From Parcubacteria group bacterium Gr01-1014_31 (GTDB lineage: Bacteria > Patescibacteriota > Patescibacteriia > Buchananbacterales > GWA2-38-13): a stretch of DNA of 64,000 bases. Under the pieces are notes generated by a model that worked only from the letters and a program-made list of their open reading frames with translations, did not search any database and was not told the DNA's origin. This document shows positions 53,231 through 64,000 of this stretch, piece after piece. The position numbers and the translations under genes are program-made. Where the stretch lies: the NCBI GenBank assembly GCA_007376135.1, contig VMFR01000005.1:4141-68140 (forward strand), read 5' to 3'. Numbering within the stretch: position 1 is the stretch's first letter; every line of letters starts with the position of its first letter.

Positions 53231-53239
53231 CACGCTCGT

Positions 53240-54742
53240 ATGCGGATGATCCCGGCCACCATGGCCACGCAGCACCCGGACAACGCGGGACCTCCGTACT
53301 GGGAACGTGACAGCGACGGATTCGTCTCCACGGGCGAAGAGATCGAGGAGTGCCTATCGGCATTCCGCGACCTGGGTTGCCAGGAATTCATGTGGGACTG
53401 GGAGGGCAAGCACGTCGACGAGGCGGTCGTCGATAAGCTCTTCCATGCCCACCTCGCCTTTTTTAAAAAACGCCAGTTGGGCCGTGACGTATTTTTGACC
53501 TTCCGCATCCCCAACATCTGGCACGAGCGCGGCTACAGTTTGGCGCGCGCGATGATGGGCATCCATACGGCGGAAAGTTTTGCCCGCGACCTGGGCCTCC
53601 ATACGCCGCCGCTGTTCGAGGTCATCTTGCCGATGACCAAAAAGGCATCCGACATCATTACCATTCAAAGAACCTTCAGCCGCCTGTCGCGCTTTACCAG
53701 CAGGCTCTTCCGCGAACCGTGCCATTTCCACTACCTCAACGTACTGCCCCTGCTGGAGGGTGTTGATGACCTACTGTCCGCACCGCGGCTGCTTGAGCGC
53801 TACCTGGTGCTGCACCGCCGCGAGTTCGGAAAAAAACCCTCTTCGCTTCGACTCCACATCGCGCGCAGCGACCCGGCGCTCAACGCCGGGCTGGTGCCGG
53901 CGGTCGTGGCAGGCAAAGTGGCGCTCCATCATTACTATCGGTTCGGCCGCCGCCACAACATCGCGATCTATCCGGCGCTCGGAGCCGGCACGCTGCCCTT
54001 CCGTGGCGGTTTGTCGCCCCTGCGCATCAACGATTTTATCCGCGAGTACGGCGGGGTGCGCACCGTCTACATTCAGTCGGCGTTTCGTTACGACTTCCCC
54101 TTGCCGACGGTCATTCGGGCGATCCAACGGCTGAACCGCGAACTGCCGCGCACCGAGCCGCCGCACTACTCCCACGCCCAGATCGCAACGGCGGCGCAGC
54201 TCTGCCGTCAATTCACTGCGCCCTACCGCCGGACCGTGGAAGCGATCGCGCCCATGGTCAACCGCGTCGCCCAGCATGTCCCCAGCCGACGCGAACGGAA
54301 ACTGCACATCGGACTGTTCGGCTACTCGCGCACGATGGGGAAGGTGCGGCTACCGCGGGCCATTCCCTTCACCGCAGCGCTCTACTCCCTTGGGGTTCCG
54401 CCGGAACTGATCGGCACGGGTCGCGGGCTGCGGCTTTGGGGACGCGCAAACAGCGGCGTGGAAACCTACTACCGTAACTTCCGCCGCGATCTGGTGCTGG
54501 CCGGCCGCTCCCTTAACAAGGACAACCTGGCGCGGTTGAGCGCGCTGCATCGCGGTTGGCGAGCCGTTGCGGACGATGTTGCCGCCATCGAATCCTTTCT
54601 GGGCCTGGAACTGGGGCCCAAAACCCGCGCCGACGAGGTCCACCACACCCTGACGACCGACGTATTGCGAAACTGGTCGACGGGCGCGGAGGTCGCCGAC
54701 CTCATCATCCAGTCGGGCAAGATCCGTCACAGCCTCGGGTAA
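53240..54742 (+). CDS. Phosphoenolpyruvate carboxylase, archaeal type (PepcA family, about 500 aa)
   Basis: N-terminus MIPATMATQHPDNAGPPYW...LGCQEFMWDWEGKH and the overall length match archaeal-type PEPC rather than the 900-aa bacterial Ppc. Confidence 0.65.
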   Translation: MRMIPATMATQHPDNAGPPYWERDSDGFVSTGEEIEECLSAFRDLGCQEFMWDWEGKHVDEAVVDKLFHAHLAFFKKRQLGRDVFLTFRIPNIWHERGYSLARAMMGIHTAESFARDLGLHTPPLFEVILPMTKKASDIITIQRTFSRLSRFTSRLFREPCHFHYLNVLPLLEGVDDLLSAPRLLERYLVLHRREFGKKPSSLRLHIARSDPALNAGLVPAVVAGKVALHHYYRFGRRHNIAIYPALGAGTLPFRGGLSPLRINDFIREYGGVRTVYIQSAFRYDFPLPTVIRAIQRLNRELPRTEPPHYSHAQIATAAQLCRQFTAPYRRTVEAIAPMVNRVAQHVPSRRERKLHIGLFGYSRTMGKVRLPRAIPFTAALYSLGVPPELIGTGRGLRLWGRANSGVETYYRNFRRDLVLAGRSLNKDNLARLSALHRGWRAVADDVAAIESFLGLELGPKTRADEVHHTLTTDVLRNWSTGAEVADLIIQSGKIRHSLG

Positions 54743-54746
54743 CGGT

Positions 54747-55364
54747 ATGCGCTTCATTGACCTGACCCGGCCGCTGGGCGCGACCGTACCGGTGTTTCCC
54801 GGCGATCCCCCGGCCATTCTGGAATGCATCGCGACGGTCAGGGAACACGGCTTCGCGAGCCATCGCATTGCCGCGAGCGTGCACACCGGTACCCACATTG
54901 ATGCGCCCGCCCACATGCAGGAAGGCGGAAAACTTTTGTCCGACATCGGTGTGGAACGGTACTTTGGACGCGGCGTGCTGGTGGATGCGCGCGGCACGAC
55001 CGCGGTAACGGCCACTGCGCTGAAAAACATCGAGTTACGGCGCGGAGACATCGTGCTGGTGCTGACCGGATGGTCGGCGCAGTACGGCAGTAAGCGGTAC
55101 TATGCCGATTACCCGGAGATCGCACCGAGCTTTGCTCAGCTGCTGGCCGACGCGCACGTCAGCCTCGTGGGCATGGATACGCCCAGCCCCGACCGTCCGC
55201 ACTACCTGGTCCACAAACTGCTGCTGAGCCGCGATGTGCTTATCATTGAAAATCTCACCCGCCTGGAGGAACTGCAGGAGGCAAAGGAATTTGAAGTGAC
55301 GGCGCTCCCTGCCTACTGGGAAGCCGACGCAGCGCCCATCCGCGTGGTGGCGCGCATCCCGTAA
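54747..55364 (+). CDS. Cyclase-family protein (kynurenine formamidase-like)
   Basis: HTGTHIDAPAHM is the HxGTHxDxPxH motif. Confidence 0.65.
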   Translation: MRFIDLTRPLGATVPVFPGDPPAILECIATVREHGFASHRIAASVHTGTHIDAPAHMQEGGKLLSDIGVERYFGRGVLVDARGTTAVTATALKNIELRRGDIVLVLTGWSAQYGSKRYYADYPEIAPSFAQLLADAHVSLVGMDTPSPDRPHYLVHKLLLSRDVLIIENLTRLEELQEAKEFEVTALPAYWEADAAPIRVVARIP

Positions 55365-55373
55365 CCAAAGACT

Positions 55374-55952
55374 ATGATCAACCGCACTATCAAATTGCTC
55401 ATTTTCTCGGACATATTTTTCGTCACCGGATTCGGACTGATTGAACCGATCCTCGCGATCTTCGTCAAAGAGAACCTTGCGGGCGGGACGGTATTTGCCG
55501 CCGGTATCGCCACCATGCTGTTCCTGGTCACGAAATCCGCCATCCAACTGCCGTTCTCCCGCTACGTGGACCGCCACGAGCACAAGGTCCGCTGGCTGAT
55601 CGTCGGGTCATTCATCATCGCGACGGTGCCCTTTCTCTATATCCTCGCGCGCGATGTTTCCATCATCTATCTGGCGCAGATCCTCTACGGTATCGGCAGC
55701 GGCTTGGCGTACCCGACGTGGCTGGGGCTGTGGAGCACCAATCTGGATAAACGCCAGGAAAGTTTTGAGTGGAGTCTATACTCGACGCTGACGGGTTTTG
55801 GCACGGCGGCAACGGCAGTGGTCGGCGCGGCGATCGCCCAATTCATCGGCTTCACCTACACGTTCGTGCTGGTTGGCATTATGGCGCTGGCCGGCTGCCT
55901 GGTCCTCTTCACGCTGGAGGAACAAGCCGCACACCGCGCGCGCCGGCGCTAA
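55374..55952 (+). CDS. Half-size MFS-like transporter (6 TM, 192 aa)
   Basis: Six hydrophobic helices and an MFS-like loop-2 motif; only half the usual 12-TM length. Confidence 0.4.
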   Translation: MINRTIKLLIFSDIFFVTGFGLIEPILAIFVKENLAGGTVFAAGIATMLFLVTKSAIQLPFSRYVDRHEHKVRWLIVGSFIIATVPFLYILARDVSIIYLAQILYGIGSGLAYPTWLGLWSTNLDKRQESFEWSLYSTLTGFGTAATAVVGAAIAQFIGFTYTFVLVGIMALAGCLVLFTLEEQAAHRARRR

Positions 55953-55964
55953 TTTGACGCCGGT

Positions 55965-56528
55965 ATGGCCCGCATTCCTTCCGTCGAACATGTCGTGCTC
56001 ATCGACGACAACGACCAGGTGCTCGGCGTCGCGCCGAAAGCGACCGTGCACGGTTCAACCACCCCGCTGCACCGCGGATTTTCTCTGTTCCTGTTCAACC
56101 GCGCGGGCGAACTGCTCCTGCAGCAACGCGCGCTGCACAAGCTGACCTGGCCGGGCGCGTGGTCCAACTCCGTGTGCGGACATCCTGCCGCGGATGAAAC
56201 GGCATCGCAAGCCGCCGTCCGGCGCACGCGGGAAGAACTCGGACTCACGCTGCAGGACGCCCTTCAGATCGCGCCTTACCGGTACCGTTTCCGCCGCCAA
56301 GGCGTGGAGGAAAATGAGATCTGTCCGCTGGTCGTCGCCACCACCCGCCAAACGCCATCGCCGAACCCCGAAGAAGTGGCGGCGATCCGCTGGGTCGGAT
56401 GGAACGATTTTCTCAGAGAAGTGCGTGAAAATCCTGGACGCTATTCGGAATGGTGTGAAGAGGAGATCGTGGTGCTGGATGAAAGCCCGGCCTTCCGCGA
56501 CTGGTACCTCCAACGGTTCGGGAAATAG
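55965..56528 (+). CDS. idi: Isopentenyl-diphosphate delta-isomerase, type 1 (Nudix)
   Basis: HRGFSLFLFNRAGELLLQQRALHKLTWPGAWSNSVCGHP...EEVAAIRWV. Confidence 0.75.
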   Translation: MARIPSVEHVVLIDDNDQVLGVAPKATVHGSTTPLHRGFSLFLFNRAGELLLQQRALHKLTWPGAWSNSVCGHPAADETASQAAVRRTREELGLTLQDALQIAPYRYRFRRQGVEENEICPLVVATTRQTPSPNPEEVAAIRWVGWNDFLREVRENPGRYSEWCEEEIVVLDESPAFRDWYLQRFGK

Positions 56529-56535
56529 CCTGACG

Positions 56536-56580
56536 ACAAAAAAGATCCCCCCCCCCCCCGTTTCAGCGGGGATCTTTTCT
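56536..56580. terminator. Bidirectional terminator hairpin containing a C13 homopolymer
   Basis: aaaaaagatc-C13-gtttcagcggggatctttt. Confidence 0.55.
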
Positions 56581-58081
56581 AGACCGGCCGCGCCGGTATG
56601 CCGGTCGGCGCGATCTTGAAATGCAACGTTTTTTCCAGCTGATGACCGACGCGCAGCAACAACGCTTCATCGAACGACTTACCGATGAGCTGCAGTCCGA
56701 CCGGGAGTTTCGCGCTCGCATCATCAGGCGCGGGAGCCAACCCGCACGGCAGCGACAACCCCGGCACGCCGGCAACGTTGGCCGCAACGGTATACACGTC
56801 CGAGAGGTACATGGCCAGCGGATCGTTGGCGCGCGCGCCGATCTTGAACGCGACGGTCGGCGAGGTCGGCGTCACCAGGCAATCCACCTGCTGAAAGGCG
56901 CGCTCAAAATCCTGCCGAACCAAGGTGCGCACCTGCTGGGCTTTACGGTAGTACGCGTCATAGTAACCGGCCGAAAGCGCGTAGGTGCCCAGCATCACGC
57001 GCCGCCGTATCTCGGGACCCAACCCCTCGCCGCGCGTCTGCCCGTACTGGGCGATCAGGGTATCTTGCTCGCGCCGCGACAACCCGAAACGCACGCCATC
57101 GTAACGGGCTAAATTGGATGACAACTCGGCCGGCACGATGACGTAGTACACGGCCAGCGCATAGTCGGTATGCGGCAAACTGAGGTCGTACACCAGCGTC
57201 GCCCCCAGGCGTTCCAGCTGCTTGAGCGCCGCTTCAAAACTTTCCTTGACGCCAGGCTCAACGCCGGCAACCGTGTGCTCTGAAAAATATTCCTTCGGGA
57301 CGCCGATCTTCATCCCCTTCATGGGGCGCTCGAGATCGGCGGAAAAATCCGGTACGGTCCGGGGAGAAGTGGTGGCATCCAGCGGGTCCTGGCCGGCGAT
57401 CGCCTGCAGTACCGCGGCCGCATCGCCGACGCTGCGCGCAAAAGGCCCGATCTGGTCCAACGACGACGCCATGGCCAGTAATCCGTACCGCGAAACCCGC
57501 CCGTACGTCGGCTTCAGACCGACCACGCCGCAGAGACTGGCGGGCTGGCGGATAGAGCCGCCCGTATCGGAACCGAGCGCCACGCAGGCCTCGCCGGCCG
57601 CAACCGCGGCCGCCGAACCGCCACTGGAACCCCCGGGTACCCGGGTCACATCCCAAGGATTTTTCGTGGGGCCGAATGCCGAATGCTCCGTCGATGAGCC
57701 GCACGCGAATTCATCCAGATTGGTCTTCCCCAGCACGACCGCGCCGGCCTGCTGGAGGCGGGTAGCCACCGTCGCGTCGTAGGTGGCAACATAGTCCGCC
57801 AGTATCTTTGAGGCCGCGGTAGTTTTGGTCCCGGTCACGCACAAATTATCCTTCAGGGCGATGGGGATGCCGGCTAACGGATTTGAAAATTCTCCGGACT
57901 TATCATACGCCACGGCCCGCGCGACCGCCTGCTCAGGCGCGACCGAAAGGAACGCATGCAACGCGCCTTCGACCTGGGCGATGCGCGCCAAGTACGCCAC
58001 GGTCAGGTCGCGGCTGGAAAACTCCCGGCTTCGCAGGCCGGCGTTGGTTTCCCTGAGCGTCAGCTCGGTCAAATGGGCCAT
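56579..58081 (-). CDS. gatA: Glutamyl/aspartyl-tRNA amidotransferase subunit A
   Basis: Amidase signature GGSSGGSAAAVAAG; 500 aa; gatC immediately upstream. Confidence 0.9.
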   Translation of the reverse strand: MAHLTELTLRETNAGLRSREFSSRDLTVAYLARIAQVEGALHAFLSVAPEQAVARAVAYDKSGEFSNPLAGIPIALKDNLCVTGTKTTAASKILADYVATYDATVATRLQQAGAVVLGKTNLDEFACGSSTEHSAFGPTKNPWDVTRVPGGSSGGSAAAVAAGEACVALGSDTGGSIRQPASLCGVVGLKPTYGRVSRYGLLAMASSLDQIGPFARSVGDAAAVLQAIAGQDPLDATTSPRTVPDFSADLERPMKGMKIGVPKEYFSEHTVAGVEPGVKESFEAALKQLERLGATLVYDLSLPHTDYALAVYYVIVPAELSSNLARYDGVRFGLSRREQDTLIAQYGQTRGEGLGPEIRRRVMLGTYALSAGYYDAYYRKAQQVRTLVRQDFERAFQQVDCLVTPTSPTVAFKIGARANDPLAMYLSDVYTVAANVAGVPGLSLPCGLAPAPDDASAKLPVGLQLIGKSFDEALLLRVGHQLEKTLHFKIAPTGIPARPV

Positions 58082-58084
58082 AGC

Positions 58085-58390
58085 CTAGGCAAACACGCCG
58101 CGCGTCTGGATGAAATCGCCGGACCGCTCCGGTGCCGCGGTCAGCAGGCGTTCGCGCGTGGCCGCATCGCACCCAGCCACTTGATCGGCCCGCATAACAT
58201 TGCTCAGACCCGTAACTTGGGCGGTTACCGCCACCCCATCGGTCTTCAACTCGCTCAACTTTCCGACATACTGAAGAATGGCGGCAAGCTGCTCCGTGAA
58301 ACGCGTCAGTTCATCGGCCGGCAAGGTCAGCCGCGCCAGCTGCGCTACGTGCTCCACGTCACGACGGGTTATCGTTGGCATACCGAACAA
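58085..58390 (-). CDS. gatC: Glutamyl/aspartyl-tRNA amidotransferase subunit C
   Basis: TRRDVEHVAQLARLTL...is a GatC-like N-terminus. The real start is probably the internal Met at about 58381. Confidence 0.75.
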   Translation of the reverse strand: MFGMPTITRRDVEHVAQLARLTLPADELTRFTEQLAAILQYVGKLSELKTDGVAVTAQVTGLSNVMRADQVAGCDAATRERLLTAAPERSGDFIQTRGVFA

Positions 58391-58420
58391 TAAAAAATAT
58401 CCTCCAGCGTACGCGATTAC

Positions 58421-60595
<2,175 letters not shown>

Positions 60596-60599
60596 TTAC

Positions 60600-61484
60600 T
60601 TACGGGCACGGCTGGTCGGCCGGCAACGACAGCGGATATTTCTTGTTGATGCCGCACTCGGAGTAAATGACCTGGTCCAGCAGTCCGAGCACCGGGGGAC
60701 GGTTGGGAACCGACACCTTGATCTCCTGGCTGCTGATGAAATTACCCGCGCGGCCGGTCAGCTCGACCCGAGAGGCGACCGGCTGGGTCACGTTGCTATT
60801 CCGCGCCCGGAAGGCGCTGATATTGACGTCTGAACGGATCGCCCGCAATTTCACGACGTAGCTGGCACCCGTGTTTAAACCGGAAAAAGAATTCGCGCTC
60901 GTGCTGTTCAGCGGACAATCGTAGACTTGCTGCAGTGTCGTGCCCTGCATGCCGCCCCACACGTTCGCATCTCCCACCTTGGTTACGGTGACCACGACCG
61001 ACCCTTGCGGATTCGTCCCGCTGGCATCGCGGCAATTGATCTCCAGCTCGTCGACACAGGCGGCCGTGCTCAAGCTGCCCGACACCGTGTCGGAGGCGCA
61101 GCGTCCCGGCAAAGTGGTCTGCGTATCGAAAATATCGATCTGCTCCGACTGGTCCTGTTCAAGTGGCACAAAGGTCAGGGTCGGCGATGTCGGGTACACG
61201 TCGGTCAGCTCGCAGCCCGCGATCGCCGGGCATGACCCGCCGCAATCGCAGTTCGTGCCGACCCCCATCCCCAGCTCGGGCGGCGGAATACGCAGCTTAC
61301 GGGTACGGTAGAGCGCTCGTTCCACGCCGCTCTCCGCCACGTAGTACAGGCGCTGCGACGAGGCGCTCAGCGTTGCCCCACCCAACCCCGCCAGGACGGC
61401 GATCGCCAGGTTCAACGCCGCCGCCAATGCGGCCGTGGTGATCAACAGCGTGAGCAGCAGCTCGGAGCCGCGGCGGGATTTCAT
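60600..61484 (-). CDS. Pilin/pseudopilin-like protein with an atypical prepilin motif
   Basis: N-terminus MKSRRGSELLLTLLITTAALAAAL (G-S-E rather than the canonical G-F-T-L-x-E). Sits in the pilin cluster. Confidence 0.4.
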   Translation of the reverse strand: MKSRRGSELLLTLLITTAALAAALNLAIAVLAGLGGATLSASSQRLYYVAESGVERALYRTRKLRIPPPELGMGVGTNCDCGGSCPAIAGCELTDVYPTSPTLTFVPLEQDQSEQIDIFDTQTTLPGRCASDTVSGSLSTAACVDELEINCRDASGTNPQGSVVVTVTKVGDANVWGGMQGTTLQQVYDCPLNSTSANSFSGLNTGASYVVKLRAIRSDVNISAFRARNSNVTQPVASRVELTGRAGNFISSQEIKVSVPNRPPVLGLLDQVIYSECGINKKYPLSLPADQPCP

Positions 61485-61530
61485 GATGCCGGAAACTTGG
61501 AACATGGGACAATAGGTGCCGACGGCCGGG

Positions 61531-62418
61531 CTATCGCTTGTACAGGCGCTGCACGATGGTCGACTGGAATGTCAGCCGCGTGCCCGGGTTGTTGGCATCC
61601 TGCACCGTCAGGAAAAACGTGACGGCCGGCTGCACATTCGGCCCAAATGCACACTGGCCTCCGGTCGTCGTCGTACAGGTGGATGAAAAACACGCATCCG
61701 TCCGGTTGACGGCCGTACAGGTGCAGACGGAGCCATTGTAATTTGCACCATCGCGCGGCCCGCAGTCGGCATCGCGCGTCGTTTGAATATCGGTCGCTGG
61801 GTCAATGTCATCCGGGTACGGCTGGAGCGGCTGCGTGAAAAAGAATCCCACATCCACGACATTCAGGCCGGGGATATTGAACAAACGCTCACAAACGGTC
61901 GCCGCCGCTCCCGCGCGCGTGAAGCGATACAACCCGAGCGTGCCGGGAAACAAGGGGTCGCCGTCGTCGTCGGCGCAGAGGTCAAGTACGGTACTGGGGT
62001 CGCGCCGGTTAAAAACGTAGGCGACCACCGTGTCGTTGGTGTTCGTTTCATCGCCGCCGTTGTTGGAGAGCACGAGCTCATGTTCCTGGCGGTAGATATT
62101 GGTATTGGCGTAGGGATTCCCGGCCTCGGCCGCGTTCACATCAACCCGATACAAGGTTTCGGGGGTCGCATCGTTGCTGTAATTGAACGTCCCCCAGTAG
62201 GACAGCTCCAAGATGCGGATCTCGCGCGCCATCTGGTCCATGAGCAGATTGGCTTCGGTGATGATCTTTTGACGCTGCGAGCCGAGCCGTTGGGCCCGCG
62301 AATACGTCAGGTACACGTTCACAACGGTCAACACCACGATGACGAACATGCCGAGCGCCGCCATGGTTTCCAACAACGTGAACCCTTGGGGCTGCGAGTA
62401 TCGCCTACTTCCAGACAT
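61531..62418 (-). CDS. Type IV pilin-like (minor pilin/pseudopilin) protein
   Basis: QGFTLLETMAALGMFVIVVLTVV prepilin motif after the internal Met; the ORF's long N-terminal extension was rejected. Confidence 0.6.
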   Translation of the reverse strand: MSGSRRYSQPQGFTLLETMAALGMFVIVVLTVVNVYLTYSRAQRLGSQRQKIITEANLLMDQMAREIRILELSYWGTFNYSNDATPETLYRVDVNAAEAGNPYANTNIYRQEHELVLSNNGGDETNTNDTVVAYVFNRRDPSTVLDLCADDDGDPLFPGTLGLYRFTRAGAAATVCERLFNIPGLNVVDVGFFFTQPLQPYPDDIDPATDIQTTRDADCGPRDGANYNGSVCTCTAVNRTDACFSSTCTTTTGGQCAFGPNVQPAVTFFLTVQDANNPGTRLTFQSTIVQRLYKR

Positions 62419-63097
62419 AGAGATAATCCTCCAGGATAACGCAGCCGTTGGCACTGCCGGAGCAGCTCCGCCCGGGGTAATTGACCCGGGCGCGGATGAC
62501 ATGTCCAGCGAACTGCGTATACTGGGCAGCGCAACTCCCCGGGCAGCTGGCCCCGGTCGTGGTGACGCACTCCGCATTGGTGTCGGGCCGGACGCAGATG
62601 AGAGAAATATCCAACCGGCGGCGGTAACGGGTACCGGTGCCCGCCGGGCAACCCGCCTGCTGCTGGAAGTACATATTATTCTGAAGGCACAGCTGGGTGC
62701 CGGTATTCGTGAAGCTGGCGTTCGCACTGTTGAAGTTCAACGTCCACGAACCTGAGGTCGTATTCATTTCCACGGTCGCGTCCTGGTCGGCGGTGGGCGG
62801 CGTGGGCTGGGGCAAAGGATACGGCAGCGTGGTGTACGACGGCGGCGTACAGTCGGAACAGCCCACCTCATACGAACCGCGCAACATCCCGTTATCGCGC
62901 AACCACCGTGCCACTTCGATACCCTCGCGTGCCAGGTTATTGGCCACTGCCGTCTCTTCGGAAGAACGCTGGCCGCGCAACGACATGACCACAAGCGTCG
63001 CGATCGAAGTCAGCGCCATGAGAATAATAAACACGGCCACCGTCAGCTCTGCCAGACTTTGGCCGTGTCGTTGGCGGAAAAAATATCCCGCGCCCAT
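62405..63097 (-). CDS. Type IV pilin-like protein
   Basis: GQSLAELTVAVFIILMAL prepilin-like N-terminus. Confidence 0.55.
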   Translation of the reverse strand: MGAGYFFRQRHGQSLAELTVAVFIILMALTSIATLVVMSLRGQRSSEETAVANNLAREGIEVARWLRDNGMLRGSYEVGCSDCTPPSYTTLPYPLPQPTPPTADQDATVEMNTTSGSWTLNFNSANASFTNTGTQLCLQNNMYFQQQAGCPAGTGTRYRRRLDISLICVRPDTNAECVTTTGASCPGSCAAQYTQFAGHVIRARVNYPGRSCSGSANGCVILEDYLYVWK

Positions 63098-63101
63098 GAC
63101 G

Positions 63102-63851
63102 CTAACGTTCCTGAATGCCGCCGCCGCCCGTGTTGAAGATGAGCTGCACACTGGACCCGCTGACGGTCGGGCCGAACGTCACGATATTGCGCAGCCGCGC
63201 GGAACCAGTGTAGCCGCCGCAGTTGGTGAGTTCGCCACGGAGCGTGGCGCTGCCGCTGTACGGCGCGAACACCACCGAACCCCAGGTCTCATTTTGGTCA
63301 GCGCACCCGACCATACCCACCGTCAACGGGCTGGTCTGCATCGGCGACTCCACCGTTTTCACACCGTTCTGTAAGACTTCATCCGCATCGTAGGCGCTGT
63401 CCCCGTCAACGTCGGCAAATACCTGGTACGTACAGGGCGGGGTCGTACAGCTTTGGAACCGGAGGCCGAACCCCCCCTTCGGCACTTTGTCCGTGCACGT
63501 GCCCGCACAAGATCCGCTGGGCGTACACACACTGACGTCGCTGGAACCGACGACGCAAACGGAAGCGGTCTTTCCCGAAAGCCCGAGCTGATGTACGAAA
63601 CGGGCATCAGCAACGACCACGTCGCGAACCCGCCGCAAGGTCTGTACTTTCGTGCGGCCGCGGAATGCCGCGATACTGGCGCCGGCAATGACTACGGTAA
63701 TGAGCAGACCGACCCACACCTCCACCAAGGTGAACCCGGAGGGCCAGCGACGTTTTCCGTGAACACCCCCGGCTGCTGTTGGAGTTCGAATTTCCGCCAT
63801 AGTGCACTGCCTGCGTTTAATAATTACCAACCGATCTGTCGGACGTACCAA
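63102..63851 (-). CDS. Type IV pilin-like protein
   Basis: SGFTLVEVWVGLLITVVIAG prepilin motif; start uncertain (63800 or 63851). Confidence 0.55.
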   Translation of the reverse strand: MVRPTDRLVIIKRRQCTMAEIRTPTAAGGVHGKRRWPSGFTLVEVWVGLLITVVIAGASIAAFRGRTKVQTLRRVRDVVVADARFVHQLGLSGKTASVCVVGSSDVSVCTPSGSCAGTCTDKVPKGGFGLRFQSCTTPPCTYQVFADVDGDSAYDADEVLQNGVKTVESPMQTSPLTVGMVGCADQNETWGSVVFAPYSGSATLRGELTNCGGYTGSARLRNIVTFGPTVSGSSVQLIFNTGGGGIQER

Positions 63852-64000
63852 GCGATGATGGGTTCCCCATACAATAACGCGGTGATGCCCCCGGCGGCCA
63901 GGAACGTTCCCAGAGGAAGTTTGCTCCCCAGCCGTTTCATGCCCACTGCCAAGAGCGCGACCCCGACCGCTGCTCCCACGAAATAGGAAAGCATCAGGGC
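63824..64000 (-). CDS. Prepilin peptidase (A24 family), C-terminal fragment; the 5' end lies beyond the window
   Basis: My minus-strand translation ends ...LMLSYFVGAAVGVALLAVGMKRLGSKLPLGTFLAAGGITALLYGEPIIAWYVRQIGW*, matching PilD/A24 C-termini. Confidence 0.55.
   Translation of the reverse strand, partial: ALMLSYFVGAAVGVALLAVGMKRLGSKLPLGTFLAAGGITALLYGEPIIAWYVRQIGW

Overview
High-GC (~65%) bacterial chromosomal segment, densely coded and mostly on the minus strand. Housekeeping genes present: rpoD, dnaG, ligA, gatCA, idi, msrBA, glgC-like, a partial aspartokinase, and three tRNAs (Arg-TCT, Asn-GTT, Ser-GGA). Accessory content that stands out: (1) an AT-rich island of about 6.8 kb next to tRNA-Arg encoding an MmeI-family Type IIL restriction-modification enzyme, a DCD/PUA-like domain protein, and a Dam methyltransferase / ParB-like nuclease / PRTase-like triad. 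(2) A family of small terminal-inverted-repeat (TIR) elements; one copy carries a GIY-YIG endonuclease gene, others are gene-less or reduced to abutted termini. (3) A soluble [NiFe]-hydrogenase cluster (ferredoxin, FAD oxidoreductase, small subunit, NicO Ni transporter, large subunit, maturation protease) interrupted by an IR-bounded four-helix-bundle gene insertion. (4) An Hcp1-family type VI tube protein that carries a canonical Sec signal peptide, with no other T6SS genes in the window. (5) A 28-bp promoter-like motif (TTGACT-N17-GAAAAT on the coding strand) repeated upstream of three minus-strand operons. Also present: a four-gene prepilin cluster with a prepilin peptidase, an archaeal-type PEP carboxylase, and many secreted or hypothetical proteins. 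No CRISPR array, integrase or transposase was found.
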